From the NCBI GenBank assembly GCA_028534125.1, contig CM052816.1, forward strand, positions 40,550,001 to 40,614,000: a DNA stretch of 64,000 nt, written 5' to 3'. Source of the DNA: Lama glama. Lineage: Eukaryota. The notes below the pieces were generated by a model, which worked only from the letters and a program-made list of their open reading frames with translations, had not been told where the DNA came from and searched no databases. Shown here piece after piece: positions 39,113-54,320 of the stretch (within the stretch, counting starts at the first letter, position 1; each line of letters opens with the position of its first letter). The translations under genes and the position numbers were made by a program.

Positions 39113-40118
39113 TAAGAAATTTATAATAAATTAAATAGCAAATATTGCTACTTTATTATTCTAAAGGAAACATGTAATTCATGCCGAGAGATTTATGAAC
39201 AATATACTTCTTCTTTCAAAGAAATTAAAGACAATAGGTTGATATTCAGAGTTACCAATTTCAGCAGTTTTACTTGCAGCTGTAGTCAAGGAGATGAATC
39301 ACTTTACTGCACAAGATCACTTATTCCTCTTTCAAATTCGTGAGGAATTTCATAGGAAAGCTCTAAAATCCAACCTCGCATATAATGATCCTATACACAT
39401 TGTAGCACTTAATCTCAAGATTTTTTTAAGTTCTAGTAAATTGTCCTTCAGGCAGAAGATGAAGCCTGATTCTTCGTGCATATAGGCATCATAATTATCT
39501 CCCTTATATGCTCAGTTTTATAAATGCTTTCAGTTGTTCCCAATAGCTACATATCTCTAGATGCCAGTTAAATTGCTTAAGAGATTTGCATATAGGGACT
39601 CTTGGTAAAACTACGCTATAAAACTTACTTAGATTTATATTCAGGCTGGAATGAATTATTTCCTTTTCAACTCACAGGCAGCTTTAGGGCATAAGAATGT
39701 TGGGAGAAGAAAAAGGGGATAGCGTTTCTTATTTTCCTTACTTGTGACAGTCAAGACTTACTCTTTTTTGTTTTGTTTTTTCTAAAATGTTATGTAATAG
39801 CTGAATTCGATTTAATTCCTTATTTAACTTCCCATTGAGTTTTAACTTCCCTTAATATCCATAGAATAGAAAACAATCAGTATACCAAAGAGATAAATTG
39901 TCTAGAATCTTCACACATAGATTGCATCAAATTCATATCACAGTGCAATTCATACGAGTCTAATTTATAGGATGTTCTGGGGATAAATTTTGAAGGATTG
40001 CAGGCTCTGTCCTTCAGGATTAACCTTGATGAAACTAAGTAAATGAGAAAGTATACAAGAGGTAATTAACAAAAGCACAAAATATTAGAAACTTTTGGGA
40101 CACTGAAAGTTCTTGTGA

Positions 40119-40122
<4 letters not shown>

Positions 40123-40158
<36 letters not shown>
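40123..40158. repeat. (TG)n microsatellite
   Basis: Directly visible. Confidence 0.97.
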
Positions 40159-40159
<1 letters not shown>

Positions 40160-40714
40160 TGTAGGAAATAGTTATGGCTGCAGCCTGTGGTGAACCACAT
40201 CTGGGAACAAGAGTGAGAGTACTGAGTGAAATTAATTCTTGAAGATTGGTTCTGGCCATTTCCCTATGCCATCATTGTCACCTAATAATTTCTTGCCTCT
40301 TCACCACACAAATTGGAAACAGCAGTTCAAGTCTCCCATATAGAAACTATCAGGCAGGGTAAAACTATGTCGGAGTGAACAATTTTTAAAAGCATTTGAA
40401 CACTGATCAAACTGTCTTGAGTTCTTATTCCACAAATTTATTATCTCCCCTTTACCTTCAGGGACATTGGTTTACAACCTAAAGGGAACGGACTGTCTCC
40501 TTCCAATTCTTCCTATTTCTGAGAATTTACTAATGAACAGAGAAATTGTCTGTTGGAATCAAAGCAAGGGGAAATATTCCTCACTGGGCCTGTGGTGGTT
40601 GGGGACCCTCATTGTAAGGCTGATTGTCTCCTCTCTGCAACTCAATTGAAGCGGGTAAGACTGTGCTCAGCTCTATCCCTTCCTCAGTATGTTTTATATC
40701 TTAGAGTAGCTGAT

Positions 40715-40910
40715 CTTGTGCTGTGCAGGAACCAGTTTGTCCCAGTCCCTGATAGCCAATTATGAACCTCTCTTCCCAACTCTGTATTCAGTAGTGACAC
40801 TTTGGTAGTTGATATTGGCCATGGTGGGAGTATTTAAGAACAGAAATCCGAAGACACCTCAAATCATACTTTTTTTTTTTTTTAAGATTTCTGGCTTACC
40901 AGAATACTGC
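40715..40910. mobile_element. MER63-like hAT (Blackjack) non-autonomous element
   Basis: tctcttcccaactctgtattcagt...ttggtagttgatattggccatggtgggagtattta matches recalled MER63. Confidence 0.75.
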
Positions 40911-40919
40911 CTCTCACAA

Positions 40920-43900
40920 TGAACTCACAGGTAAAACTAATAATAGTCAATAGAAGTATACAAATGTAATTAAACAAAAACAACAGACTGAACTTGTACC
41001 AATAGACACAGAATTCATGGGACAATTTTATAATGAGCATAATACATAGATTTAAAGAAATAAGGAAGGTATAAGCAGTAAGTTGTATATAAAAAAGAGA
41101 AGCTTTCTAGACGCAAAGAACAGAGCCTAAAAAGAAATAAGATATGAGCCTCCTGGAGGAAGGAAGACAATGGATTAATATTTTAAAATATATAAAGAAA
41201 AAATAAAAACAGACAAACAATTTGAAACATTCTGAACCTGTAATTTTCTATCCAACCAAAATATTATTAAAATTACAGAGTAATATAAGAATATTCTCAG
41301 ACAAATAATGCCATAGGTTGTTTGTCTTACAGATATATTTTGAAGATACTCCTGGAGGAGATATTCAAATAAGAAGAGAAATAAATTCAAGAAGAGGGTA
41401 GCAGAAAGTAAGAACATAAAGTATATACTTTATGTGTACTTAGTAGTTTACCTTTAATATGCTTCATGGATGACAAAACTAGGTCTAACAAAGAACAACA
41501 AAAGAGAATGTCTCTTAAGAACTCACTGTTAACATTTCCATGAGAAAAAGGAGATACAATGAATGAAAGGTAGAGATCAATTCCTCATTATTTACAAGTG
41601 ATATAATCAACTCCCTGGGAAAAAACAGTAAAATTCATAGAAAAAGCTACTTGAAATAGTTATGTCATTCAGAAATATTGACAAATACATGATCAAATAA
41701 AAATAGTATTTTTATATGTTTGCAATAACCAACTAAAAATTGATCGAATGATATACAAATCTGCAATAGGAACAAAAGATCTAAAATACAGTAGAAATCT
41801 ACATATTAACAATACATAAAATTTTCATAGAGATCAGTTAAAAATGAATAAATAATACATATAATGATCTGGATAATTGGAAAGATATCTCATGTTCTTG
41901 AAAGGAATTCTAAGTAGGCTGAAAATCAGAAGGGGTAGAGAAGATTTAAATAATACTATCAATAACTTTAGTAATTGATTCTGATAGAACACCCAACAAT
42001 AGCAGAACATTCTTTTCAAATGCATGTGGAAATTTTACTGAGAAAAGCTATATTCTCTGAATGAAAAGAATCTTCAATAAATTAAAAATAAAGTCACATG
42101 AAATATGTTTACTGATCACAATAGAATTGCCTTAGACATTAATAACAGTAAAATTGTTGGAAAATTCCCCAATATTTGCATACTTAACAACACATTTCTA
42201 AATAATTCATGTGTCAAAGAAGAAAGCAAAAGGGAAATTAGAATACATATTAATTGGCATGAAAATGGAAACATAACTTATCAAAATGTGGAGGATGCTG
42301 CTGAGACAGTACTTAAGAGAAAATTTGTAGCACGAAATGCCTGTATTTCAAAACAGGAAAATACGGAATTATTGACCTCAATTTCCAAGAAAAAGAAGAG
42401 CAAAATGAAATGCAAAATAAGGAAAACAAGAAGGAACAAAATATGGAAATGAATGAAATAAGAATCAAAAAACAGTAGAGAAACCTAATGAAATAAAGTC
42501 AGTTATTTGAAGATGTCATTAAAATTGGTAAACCTCAATCTAAACATGTTGTCCCTCCAAAAATTATGGCAATATATTTTATAACACAGATGAAATGGAC
42601 CTATTCTTTGAAGGAAACAAACTACCAAAACTCACTCAAGAAGATACAGATAACTGAGTAGCCCTATATCTTACAAAAGAGTTGACGTTTTTGTTAAAAG
42701 CCTTCCCCTAAGAAAACTCAGTACCATACATCTTCACTTAAGCATTCATCAGTATTTAAGGAAAAGTAATAATGACATACCTACACACAAAGATATTAAA
42801 GAGAAGAATGCTAAAGCTTAGTATCTCTTATAAACAGAGATGCAAATATTATTTTAAAAATTTAATAAAATCCTGCAAAATATACAAAGGCAATACATCA
42901 TGATTTATTGGCCCCTAACCCAGCAATGCAAGGTTGGTTAACATTAAAAAATCAAGTAATATTATTCATCATATTTATAAACTAAAAAAGAATAATCATA
43001 TCAAATAAAATTGCAAAGGATTATTATGGGATTATATTAAATCATGTGTGTAAAACTTGAAAATTATAAAGCACTATAAATTTAAAGAATCTTTTATTTA
43101 ATAAAAAGTTAAAAAAACAGCTCTATAATAAATATTATTCCTATTACTAATGAAAGAATGTTGTAATCTATAGAGATGAAAAGCAGATTAGTGGTTGCAA
43201 GGGGCTCAAGTGGGAAAAGGAGTGAAGGAAAATGGGGACAAGGAATCCCTCTGGGTTGATAAAAATATGTTCTAAAACTGAGTGGACGACATCTGTACAA
43301 CTCTTAAATTCACTAAAAGATACTGAATTTTACACTTAAAATTGATGTATTTTATCATTTTTAAATTGTGCCTCAATAAAGCTGTTTTGCTTTTAGTTCC
43401 CAAGGGGCTGGGAGGAAGGAGTAGGTGAAAATTAAATGAAACAGTATTGGTCATAATTGCTTAAACTGGGTTATAGGGTGATGGAATTTAGTGAACACTT
43501 GTCTTTATTGTGCATATATTTGAGGATTTTCACAATAAAAAATAATTTTAAAAAATTACAAATGCAGAAAAAGCATTGGTAAAACCCAAAATCTATTCTT
43601 GGTTAAGTCTCAGTAAACTAGAAATTGAAGAGAACTTCCTCAAACTGATAAAGGGCATCAGAAAGCTTTCTCATGAGATCAGGGGCAATAGTACTGGCTC
43701 CTTCTATCTGCCATTGTGGTGGAGTTTCTAGCCATTTTAATAAGTGAAAAAAAAATAATAAGAGAAACCAACTAGGAAGGGGAATATTTGGAAAGGGACT
43801 TGAAGAAACTTTTACGTGTGATGGGTATTTTCACTGTCTTAACTGTGATAATAGTTTGACATGTTAAAATCTATCAATCAGGGTATACAGTTTAAATATA

Positions 43901-44730
43901 TTCTGTTTCTTTTATGTCAATTACATATTGATAAAACTGCTGAAATACATTTAGATATCAATTTATGCCCACTAGGCTGACAAAAAGTTAGAAATCTGGG
44001 TAATACAAACTTTTGTCTTGGAACTGGCCACATAGTAAGTCTCATGTGCTGCTTTTTCTGGAGCAAGAACTGGTAGTTCTTTATTAAATAAAATGCGTAT
44101 ACTCTTCATAACAGCAATTCTTCTGCAGAAGATATATCTCAAAACAGTTTTCATATAAAACAGGAGAGTGTGAGCAAGAATACTGATCGTGTGTTGTATC
44201 TTACGACAGAAAGTTGGATGTAGTGCAGGTGACCCTCGGTATGGCATTATGTGGGAAATTGTGGCTGATGCACACAGCTGAATGCCCCATGGAAGCTGGA
44301 AGTAGCAGACTTGAGTACATTAATATAGAATGGAGCAAAGCAAAGAGAAACCAAGGCAAAAGACAGAGTGAACTTAGAAAGACAATGTAAAATGAAACAA
44401 GCCAACCAAAATTGTTTGCCGATTATTACACAGGACCATTTGTCTTAGTAAAACTTCTGTTAAACTAAAAAAAGGACCTATTTTAGCATGATACATATCA
44501 ATAGAAGGATGCACATTGAACACATCAACATGGTTTCTTTATGGGGGTGGTTAGAGGTCAGGGGAGTGGCAAATGGAAAGAAAAGTCCATGAATAAGTAA
44601 ATAAAATTGAAAAAACAAAAATGATACAGATCTTAAATAAATAATAATTATAATATTCCATGAACTATATCATTAACTCAATCCTTTATATATATATGTG
44701 TGTTAAAAAAAAACAATAATTAAAACAAAA
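40920..44730 (+). mobile_element. Cluster of old L1 fragments (incl. ORF2 endonuclease remnant ~41900-42500 and several 3' ends)
   Basis: ORF 42105-42452 (DHNRIALDINN...LNNTFLNN...) is L1 ORF2-like; L1 3'UTR motifs at ~43010-43560. Confidence 0.8.
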
Positions 44731-47700
44731 TATTGCCCCTGCATGTTCAGGAACTGCTAGGGTATTACAGACTTGGTCAGAGCCATTATAAATCAACTGA
44801 TTGTGGATTAGCCTTTTTCCTCTGGTCCCATTTCACATCATTTTCTAGTTGTTTGGAAACCCCAGATTTGGCAGGACAGGTGAATTCACAGCTTGAAGCA
44901 GGAAGTAGAGTGTGAGTAAGTAGTCCATAAGGGAACTTGGTATAGTAGCTCAGTTGGCTGTCTGTTAGGGAAACGTGCCAGAATCAGACAGGGTCTTGTA
45001 CAATTACCATTAATGAGATTAACCATCCATGTTGGAATTTTTTAAATGTTCCTATACCCAGTCCAGTACACATATCTTTTACTGAAGATCCAGGTGCAAG
45101 AGAGGAAATCTTGGTATAAATAGATACTTCAAACAAGAATTGTCCCTAGGAAAGAAAATACAGATCAGGGAAGCTGGGGAATCCAAAACAAAAGGTCTTT
45201 CTGCAGTTTCCCTCCTGTTCCACCAGGACAGTGGGAAAGTTAGAAAGAGCCAGGTAAGACTTCTCAGTTGAGTTGTGCCAAGCTCACAGAAAGGCCTGAG
45301 GAAACAAAAAGGGACTCTGTCTTTTTTCCATCGGCTGGTTGAACTTGAGTTATATGAGAACTCTGACAGTTGGGTGTAGATTTTTCTGGTTACTAGGTTG
45401 CAGCTATCGTTGAATAGCCTCAGTTAAATCCCAAGGGACATAACTGAACTGTACACGAACAGTGATGATTGGCAGCATTGGGCACATCACAACTTCTGGA
45501 AGAGTGTTCCTCCTTTCACCTCCTCTCTCTACAGTGTCCTTCCTTGGTGGAGAGGATCAAGGACCAGCTTCTTTTAAAAAAGGCTCTCTCCTCTAGGAAT
45601 TTTGCAAAAAGTAAAATCTTGTATATTGTCAGTGATAAGATATCTACAAAAACAGAAGGTATGAATAGATGCCAAAGGCTTTAGAAGTAGGAGGAGGATG
45701 GTAGTGGGGGAGGATGACAGTGGAGTTAAGAAACAAAGTCTGTCTTGGCTGAGTTTCCTTGAAAATTTAGCTAAAATATAATGTGGGGTATGGGAAAATT
45801 ATTAAAGGGACATATAAGCCAGAGTGTTGGGCTTGTGTCACTCAAGTTTTTAAATGGTGAGTAAATACGTTAGGAAATGCATGCACTTAATCTCTTTCCT
45901 TGTTAGCAGCAGTATCTTGAAGACTTCAAGATGTATGAAAGTTTTGAGGGCTGATTTGTTTAAAATTATTATTGAGAGAGGTCAGAGAATACAGTGTACT
46001 TAGATGTGAGAAAGGCTTAGTAACACAAAATTCTTATTGGAAAAATGAAGCAAATTTCTTTATAAATATTCTCTTAAAACACATGAGGGGATGTTTCAGA
46101 TAAAGTAGGGTATTAGATAAGGATATCTGAGAAATTTAAGTACCTTAACTTGTGTCATTTCCAGGTTGCTTATTAAACTATAGCAAAATAGTCTTGGAAC
46201 AATTTAATTATATTACTGTATGTACTAGGTTGTTGTTAAGTCACTCATTTTTGTTTTCAGGCGTATTTGTTTTATAGGCACCTAATCTTGCTTGACTAAA
46301 ACTAACAGGTGTAAGTGGGGTTGAGATTAATGGAAATATCAAAATGACAGTCAAAGCAGCAGTGAACAGTGAACTTCTAGGAATTTTTATCCAGAATTCA
46401 AGTTAGGGGAATGATACTTTGATTCACTTTGATTTAAGGCTACAGACTCTGAGCTGAGATGGCAAACTGGACAAATTCCTCCTCCCTGCTTGGGCTCTTT
46501 TACTTGAATGTATGTGTGTTAATGAGTATAAGCACAAAATACTGGATTTCTAATACATTTTTAGCACATTTGCAGATTTAGGGGAGAAGTATGAGAAGGT
46601 TAAGAACTCTCTTTTCCCCAAGTGTCTTTGGTGCTGTGTTAGTATTCCTTCTACTTCCTTTCATTCCTTTCTTTTGGGGCATTGGGATTACATTGCCTCC
46701 TCTGCACCCTGACATACAAGTTATTTCTGTATTTTGAATAACGTTATGGTCTACAGTTGACAAAAATTGCTTTTATCTTTTTCACATGAGCTGACAAAGA
46801 TGGACTTTATATATCTATGTATGTATAAAACCAGTAATTCAGCAACAATAACTAAAAACATTTAATTGGTCAAATGCAAATAAAAGTTTTTTTTTAATTC
46901 TCCTTTATGCCAAAAAAGACAGTGATGCTTAATTAATAGTTCTGGTCATATATTTTTAGGGATTTATATTATTAATATTAAAACAAATTGAATTGCTAAC
47001 CTTAAAGTTTTAGCCTACCTCTTCAGTTAATAGATGAATGTTTCAAGTTCTTCATAGGACTGAGGTACAACAAATAATTATTATAAAGGGGCAACTTGAA
47101 GGTCTTAAATGTACTTATGCGAAAAAATGACTTTTTATTTTTATTTGGAATCATTTAAGCAGCTTTTGCCACTTTGCCCCAGGAATAGAACAGCAAATTC
47201 TTTCATTTCACAGATATCTATATAAACACATTAACTATTTTAGCTAGCTGGCTTTCTGTGCCATCATCTAAGAATATTAACATAATTTAGTTCAACTAGT
47301 TCACTACTTTTTCTTCCTCTGTTTCTATTTAATAGGTTTTTCATACTTTAAGTATCCATGAAATTTCTCTGTGGATTAAGATTATGATTACATCTGACCA
47401 CCTCTGTGTAATGATTCTGATAAGATTATCTCTTGTGTCTGCATATAGTAGTGGAGCCAATGTGTCATGAGCAATGTTTTGAAGTTTCAGTTTAAAGTAT
47501 ACTGTAATTACTTTGGAATTATTTATATTCCACCATAGCAATTAATAATTTTTAAAAGCATATAAAACTGTCAGTTGCTGTTATTTATATATATATACAT
47601 ATATAAATAACATATATATGTTTATATGTAGATGTATGTTCTTTACTCCTTTTCTTCTAAGGAAATTGGGCTTTTTATTGTTATTTTTTATTCACTACTC

Positions 47701-48039
47701 TATCCCGACATTTTAAATAATTCCTGGAATTCAGTAATATGTTGTATCAATGGATACTGAGTCAGTTTTTTAACCTACCGTGGCTATCTGCTAGCATCTT
47801 TCAGCAGTAGTTAGGGAAATAGAAAAATTAAATTTGATGGTCACAGAACAGAAGGTACTAGTTTGGTTTCCCCAGACTAAGGTTGCTGAAATATCTATGC
47901 TGAAGTGAGGAGGAGGTGGAGCAGAACAAATAAGCAGCAGAGGAGAGCTTTTCTATAAGGGGAATCAAAGACTCTGAAGGTATCTGTCTCTGTTTCAGAC
48001 TCGCCCATTTCCCTCTTCCAGAGAAAAGTTGGTATCATA

Positions 48040-48240
48040 GTTGACAAATGTGTTCACATGTGACTTCTGCCTAACCCATAGTGTCTAACCTTGGGCACAT
48101 TCCTTCACTTCTATAAACCTTACTTTCCTCAGTTGCAAAATAAGGATAATGATAGGTCCTACCCCCTAAATGCTACTGTGAGGATTAAGTAAGAGAGAAA
48201 AGCACTTAGCACAGAGGTTGTCTTGGGGAGAGTGCTCCAC
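48040..48240 (+). mobile_element. MIR SINE
   Basis: aaccttgggcacattccttcacttcta...ttcctcagttgcaaaataaggataat...gtgaggattaagt. Confidence 0.8.
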
Positions 48241-48579
48241 ACAGGACTAGAGATAGACTGACTTGGCAGCATAAAATATATAATAGGTCTGTAAATCATG
48301 CAAATCAGAAAACATGTGGGAGATTACAAAAGGGGCGCTAGCATTCCTAAAAGACAGGAAGAACTTGATGACGGAGTGGAGAGAGATCCAAGAAACAGTG
48401 AGCAGTTGTGCACCTCACGAGCGCCCGAGTGGAGCCTGGCCTATTCGTTTAGAGTTAAAGGAAAGTAACTGCAGCTCTCGAGAAAGGAGGCCATCACCAG
48501 GGCAGTGATTTTGGCCCAGAGTGAATTGAAATGAACTAAATGGGAACTAGAGTTACATATTTATGTTTTAAATTTATGC

Positions 48580-48825
48580 ACATGATGCTCTTAAGCATGC
48601 TAGACTTGGTTGTAAGCACTTTACAACTAAGAATCCATTTCATTTGCATATACCCCCACACGGTAGGATTATTTTAGTTCCCGTAAATCACAAATGACAA
48701 AACCAGGGTACAGGGGATTAGTGACTTGTCCAGGGCCACACAGCTAGTGATGGAGGAGCTAGGGTCTGAAATCTGGCCATTTGGCTGTAGGGTCCAGAGT
48801 CTCTGTCCCACTGCTGTACTGCATC
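48580..48825 (-). mobile_element. MIR SINE
   Basis: gtgacttgtccagggccacacagctagtgatggaggagctaggg. Confidence 0.8.
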
Positions 48826-50619
48826 TTTTGTTGAGCTCCAACTGCCACAACTGGATTTCTAGACCAGAAAAATTGCACTTGGTAATGAATTACGTTGTGT
48901 TGCCTCAAAATATGTTACACTTCTCATTGTGACTGAGTTGAAAGGTAGTGGACAGAGGTGACGGCAGGTTAAAGGCCAAGTGTCTCAGATGTGTGGAAAG
49001 TGTTTCAACACCACAGGACCAAAGGAATGTATTGTCAGGCCATAGACGAATATTATTCATTACATGAATAATTCTATATTGCATGTTTTAAAATAACTCC
49101 ACATGATATGTGTACTAAGTTAGCAAGCATTGTATCTTTTTAAAAAAATAACTAATACTTTCTATAGCATACTTTCACTAACGGTTACAGTTTATGAATA
49201 CTTTATTGCCTTTAATGAGCTGTGGACAGTATCACCTAAGTCATATATACCAAAACCAGAATGAAATGAATTAAAATTTATAAAGGAGGTCAGTTGCATA
49301 GCACCAGCATGAAACTGATGCCTACCATCAGTCATTTAAAACTGATCTGTTTTCTGTGCATTTATGCTTATATAAGAGAAATCAATGAGAAATCAGTTTT
49401 CAAAACCCCCAAATGCTTGCATGTCCTTGAGTTCCATGGTTAAGTAGAAGTATAAAATGCTGTCTTTAGTGGCCCATTCTGTTTTCCCTCTACCCAGATT
49501 CTTGGGAATGTCTGGAATAAAAGATTTCTGAAAACTCCCTGGTTGTTAAGATTGTGAAAGTAGAAGTTTGATAGTGTTTGCCATAAAATAAACTAAAAGT
49601 TAGTAAAGATACTGGCAAGCTGAAATTCTGTACCTAAATCTGAGTTTGGGAATGCCTCCCACCCCACTTAAGTTACTGTAACCCCTGGGTAGCTTCAGTT
49701 TGTCTCCTCTACTGCTTGCGTTTTGTACTCCTGTCCTTTCACATTCTCCAGGGACTTGATAATCTGAAACAACTTCAGATCAAGTGAAATAAGAGAAAAC
49801 TCGCTTCTCTGACCCACTCTAAGTTATATACTGGCTCTGTAAATTAGAGGAAAAATAAAACCTTAAACCAAAAACAAGTAACAACAGAGGCTTTCTTGCA
49901 TGAAATAATTTCCTTCTTAATACCAAGTCATTTCTTTCTCACTTCCCTATTTTGTTGACAAAGAATCACTTCCACTTTTGTGCTGGGCTTAATTAGTGAG
50001 TTACTTATTTCCCATTCATTTGCCTTTGAATTTTAGGCTAACGGGGATGAAAATATAACCTGGATTAAGGTGGTTTCCTAAATCAGATATTTTATTTAGG
50101 ACAAAGCCAGAGGGCATTACTTTATTAAATCCATGGCTTTGTCATGAATAAAAGACTCCAATTTTATTTTTTATCTATCTATATATTTTAAATATCATTA
50201 TAATTATAAAGACACTGCAGTGCTTTGTTTCCTTTCTTGAATTTTTTTGTCCATGAACCAGGGAAGACCGATGAAAATGTGTTCCTAATCCAAGAGAATG
50301 TCACTCCAACTTCTGTATATAATTCTCAGTTGTTCTGAATGAAATGCATTCACTTTTCACTTATGTTTGCAAAAGAGGTATTTATTAAGCATGCAGTTAG
50401 AATAAAGTCACAAAGATCATGAATTCAACCTTTTAAAATCACATGAAGTTTTACCTCATCTTCACTCTTTTCTCTGTGTAGCAAACACGATGCTTTTCTT
50501 GGAATTGTTAAGAACTGACCCTACCATTATCAGACTACATCCTAAGTGAAGATTTCCGTGTGACTCCTTTTCCAATCTGTAAAATATGAAAGTAGTTTTT
50601 TATTTTTTTTAAGCCTTTT

Positions 50620-51065
50620 TTTTTGGAGTAAAATTCTATTGGAGTAAAATCACATACAAAAAAATTCACAGTTCACAGATATTAAGCTCAATAGATTTTC
50701 TCAAAATGAATATACCCTGGAACCTCCAGCTTGATAAGAAATAGATTATTAATGTACCCAGATGTTCCTATCTGTGTCCTCCCAGTGGTCCTTCTTCCCT
50801 AAAGGACCCAATATCCTGACTTCTGTCACCATTGTCTAGATTTACCAGTTTTACATCATTTATCTGTATTGCTGTTATTAGTTAAACTTACTTTTGTGAG
50901 ATTCATCTTTGTCATGCATTGAGTGTGAAGAAGTCCACTCATTTATTTTCACTAATGTGTATAATTCCACTGCCCTTGTATAACAAGGTTTTTTGAAACA
51001 CTCTACTTGGCACTGTTGACTTTTTAATTTTAATCATTCTATTGGGTATGTTATACTGTCTCATG
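50620..51065 (-). mobile_element. Old L1ME-type 3' fragment
   Basis: tcctgacttctgtcaccattg...gtgagattcatc...ttttaatcattctattgggtatg. Confidence 0.6.
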
Positions 51066-52309
51066 TGACCACTGAGTTGTTTTGAAGAATAAATATAGCT
51101 TCACAAAAGTAAAGCCTAGTTACTATAACTTGAATATGATTCCAGCAGACTTCATCCATCAGATATGTATCATGCTCTTAAAATGAACCAGGCATAGTTG
51201 TAGGTAGGCTTTTGGTATTAGAATGTTGAATTGAACTAGCATTCTGGGAACTTAAATTATGAGAGAGAGAAGACAAACAATTCAGAACAACAAAATATCA
51301 AATAATGCTATGAATAAAACAAAGCAGTTTTATTGGTGAGTTAGAATCTATTTACTAATCATGAGGAGTGATATATTTTAGGAGAAATGTGAAACAATTT
51401 TGACAGTTTAAAGTTTAGATAGATATCACTACTAATACGCCCATTAATCGGACCAAGAAGAAAATTAGAGTATTCTTTCTGCTGAAACTGAAATCTCTGA
51501 ATTTTTCTTTTGACTTTTTTTTAGGACTTTTAGACTAAGAAAAAGCAAGATATGTCTGCTTTTTAAGATTGAATTGAATTTCAGACTTTAATGTTAAATG
51601 GTACTTAAGATGTGTACATGATTTTCTTAGCATTATAATTATTCACTTATATTAGTTTATTTCTCAGATCCAGAGATTTTATCTTCCAACATTTTGAGCC
51701 AATTTTCCTGAAGTGTGTTTACCTACAGTATAACTATTTTAAATAAGTATTCCCAATGATCAAGTAAGTGCCAATGGTTCAGCATTAAAGTTGGATATGT
51801 GTGTGTGTATGTCCTTATTGAATCAAATAGACAATAGTTTCCAAATCTTTATATTAATGTTTCATTCATAAGCATTATTTTCAAGTTTTAAACATCTCAG
51901 ATTATTTATGCCAATTTATCTGATGTTTCTATACCTTAATTTTGCATTCTAATATACAGTGAACAAATTCAAAATAGTATAAAAGATATTTAATAAAACA
52001 AATTGAAGCTCTGTTAAAGTGTCTTTCTCTGGCCCAATTTTGATCATATAAGAATATATGATAATTTAAAGGTACATTAGCATTATCTTCTTATCAAATA
52101 AACTTTTGAAAATATAGACATAGCAAAACATAAAGAAATATCCATCAGTTCCTCAACCAGTTACCATCACTCTTAAATACTGGTGTATTTACTTCAGTTA
52201 TTCTATGCTTCTTAAAATTTTGACTGATGAAACATTTATTTAAAAGAAGGTTTCTTTTCCTAAAGCACTCAAGCTGTGTAAGAACCTCCCAAGTTTGAAA
52301 AGTATTTCT

Positions 52310-53208
52310 TTTTTTTTTTAACATTTTTTTATTGAGTTATAATCATTTTACAATGCTGTGTCAAATTCCAGTGTAGCACACAATTTTTCGGTTATACGTG
52401 AACATATATATATTCATTGTCACATTTTTTTCTCTGTGAGCTACCATAAGATCTTGTATATATTTCCCTGTGCTATACAGTATAATCTGGCTTATCTATT
52501 CTACATTTTGAAATCCCAGTCTGTCCCTTTCCACTCCCCATCCCCCTTGGCAACCACAAGTTTGTAGTCTATGTCTATGAGTCTGTTTCTGTTTTGTATT
52601 TATGTTTTGTATTTTTTTTTTTAGATTCCACATATGAGTGATCTCATATGGTATTTTTGTTTCTCTTTCTGGCTTACTTCACTTAGAATCTTATTCTTCA
52701 GGAACATCCATGTTGCTGCAAATGGCATTATGTTGTAGGTTTTTATGGCTGAATAGTATTCCATTGTATAAATATACCACATCTTCTTTATCCAGTCATC
52801 TGTTGATGGACATTTAGGCTATTTCCATGTGTTGGCTATTGAAAATAGTGCTGCTATGAACATTGGGGTACAGGTGTCATTTTGAAGTAGGGTTCCTTCT
52901 GGATATATGTCCAGGTGTGGGATTCCTGGGTCGTATGGTAAGTCTATTCCTAGTCTTCTGAGGAATCTCCACACTGTTTTCCACAGTGGCTGCACCAAAC
53001 TACATTCCCACCAGCAGTGTAGGAGGGTTCCCTTTCATCCACAGCCTCTCCAGCATTTGTCATTTGTGGATTTTTGAATGATGGTCATTCTGACTGGTGT
53101 GAGGTGAGACCTCATTGTAGTTTTGATTTGCATTTCTCTGATAATTAGTGATATTGAGCATTTTTCATGTGCCTATTGATCATTTGTATTTCTTCCTTGG
53201 AGAATTGC
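52310..53208 (-). mobile_element. Relatively young 5'-truncated L1 (lineage-specific 3' end)
   Basis: T-rich tail at left; 15-bp TSD ttgaaaagta(t/c)ttct (52295-52309 / 53209-53223); well-preserved L1 3'UTR and ORF2 end. Confidence 0.92.
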
Positions 53209-53979
53209 TTGAAAAGTACTTCTTTTTTGAAACTGTAATTTTGAAAAGAATCCCAAAGTTATGAATTAATGAAATTTGAAACTATTCATCCAAATTGCTT
53301 TATATGTGGTTCTAATCTACCTCAAAACACATTTTTTCTTACTTTTATATACATACTACATAATACATGATTGGATTTTTTTCATTATGTAACTTAATAA
53401 CATCATCTAAAAACTGATAGTTAAAGTGGTTTATATATTTTCCTTTAATTAGGCTGTGTATTTATGGCATTTTTACTCTTTGAATCCTGAAAATTTTAGA
53501 TGGTTATATTTTAACTGATTTTTAATGTTTTAAATTTGCTCTGCAATTGGTAAAGTCATAGTACAATCTATTTTTTAATATGGGCAATTATAGCAGAAAT
53601 GAATTGAGCATCAATTATGTGCCTGACATTGATCTAAATGCTGCAAAAAATTAATTGAACAGAAAAATACAGCCCTCAGTTCAGTTGCATCAACTGTGGG
53701 TTTGTGTGTGTATTTGGGGGTGAAGAGGATGGATCTAAATGAGATCTGCCACAAATAAGTTTTAAAAACAAAATAAAAACAACAACAAAAAATAAAAGCA
53801 TGCATGTATGTGTCATAAAGACAATTTCAAATGTTTACAAAGGAAAAGGAGAAGAAATAGAAGAGGAGCTTGAAGGAGACTTTAAAAGAAATGGTGGAAC
53901 AGAGTACCAGAGAAGGGGGAGAAATACTGCAAGAAAATCATCAGTGTTTGAAAAAGAATGAAATACTTCACATTCACAA

Positions 53980-54320
53980 GTCCTGATGGGTAGATGAATC
54001 ATATGTTCCAGCATGATCTGTTCGAAAGCTAAAATGATTTTAGGCTATATTAACATAAACCTAAATTATGGTAGTTCCATTGCAACTGCACTCTCAGACT
54101 ACTGGGACGTTAGCATTCATTTCTGCATGCCACCTAGATTTTAACCTGGATAAAAATTAGTATGAATAGATAGTGTTAGACCCATACAGGGTTGGATCTG
54201 GATTAAATAAAGTATGAAGAACAGTTGAAAGAGATAAATATTTCATCTAAAAAATAGTTAAAGGGACACAAAATTCTCTGAAATCCAAAATGTCTACTCT
54301 TTCAATGAAGAAAAGCCTGT
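53980..54320 (+). mobile_element. L3/CR1 LINE fragment
   Basis: aaagctaaaatgattttaggctatattaa...tatgaagaacagttgaaagagata resembles the L3 RT C-terminal region. Confidence 0.6.
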
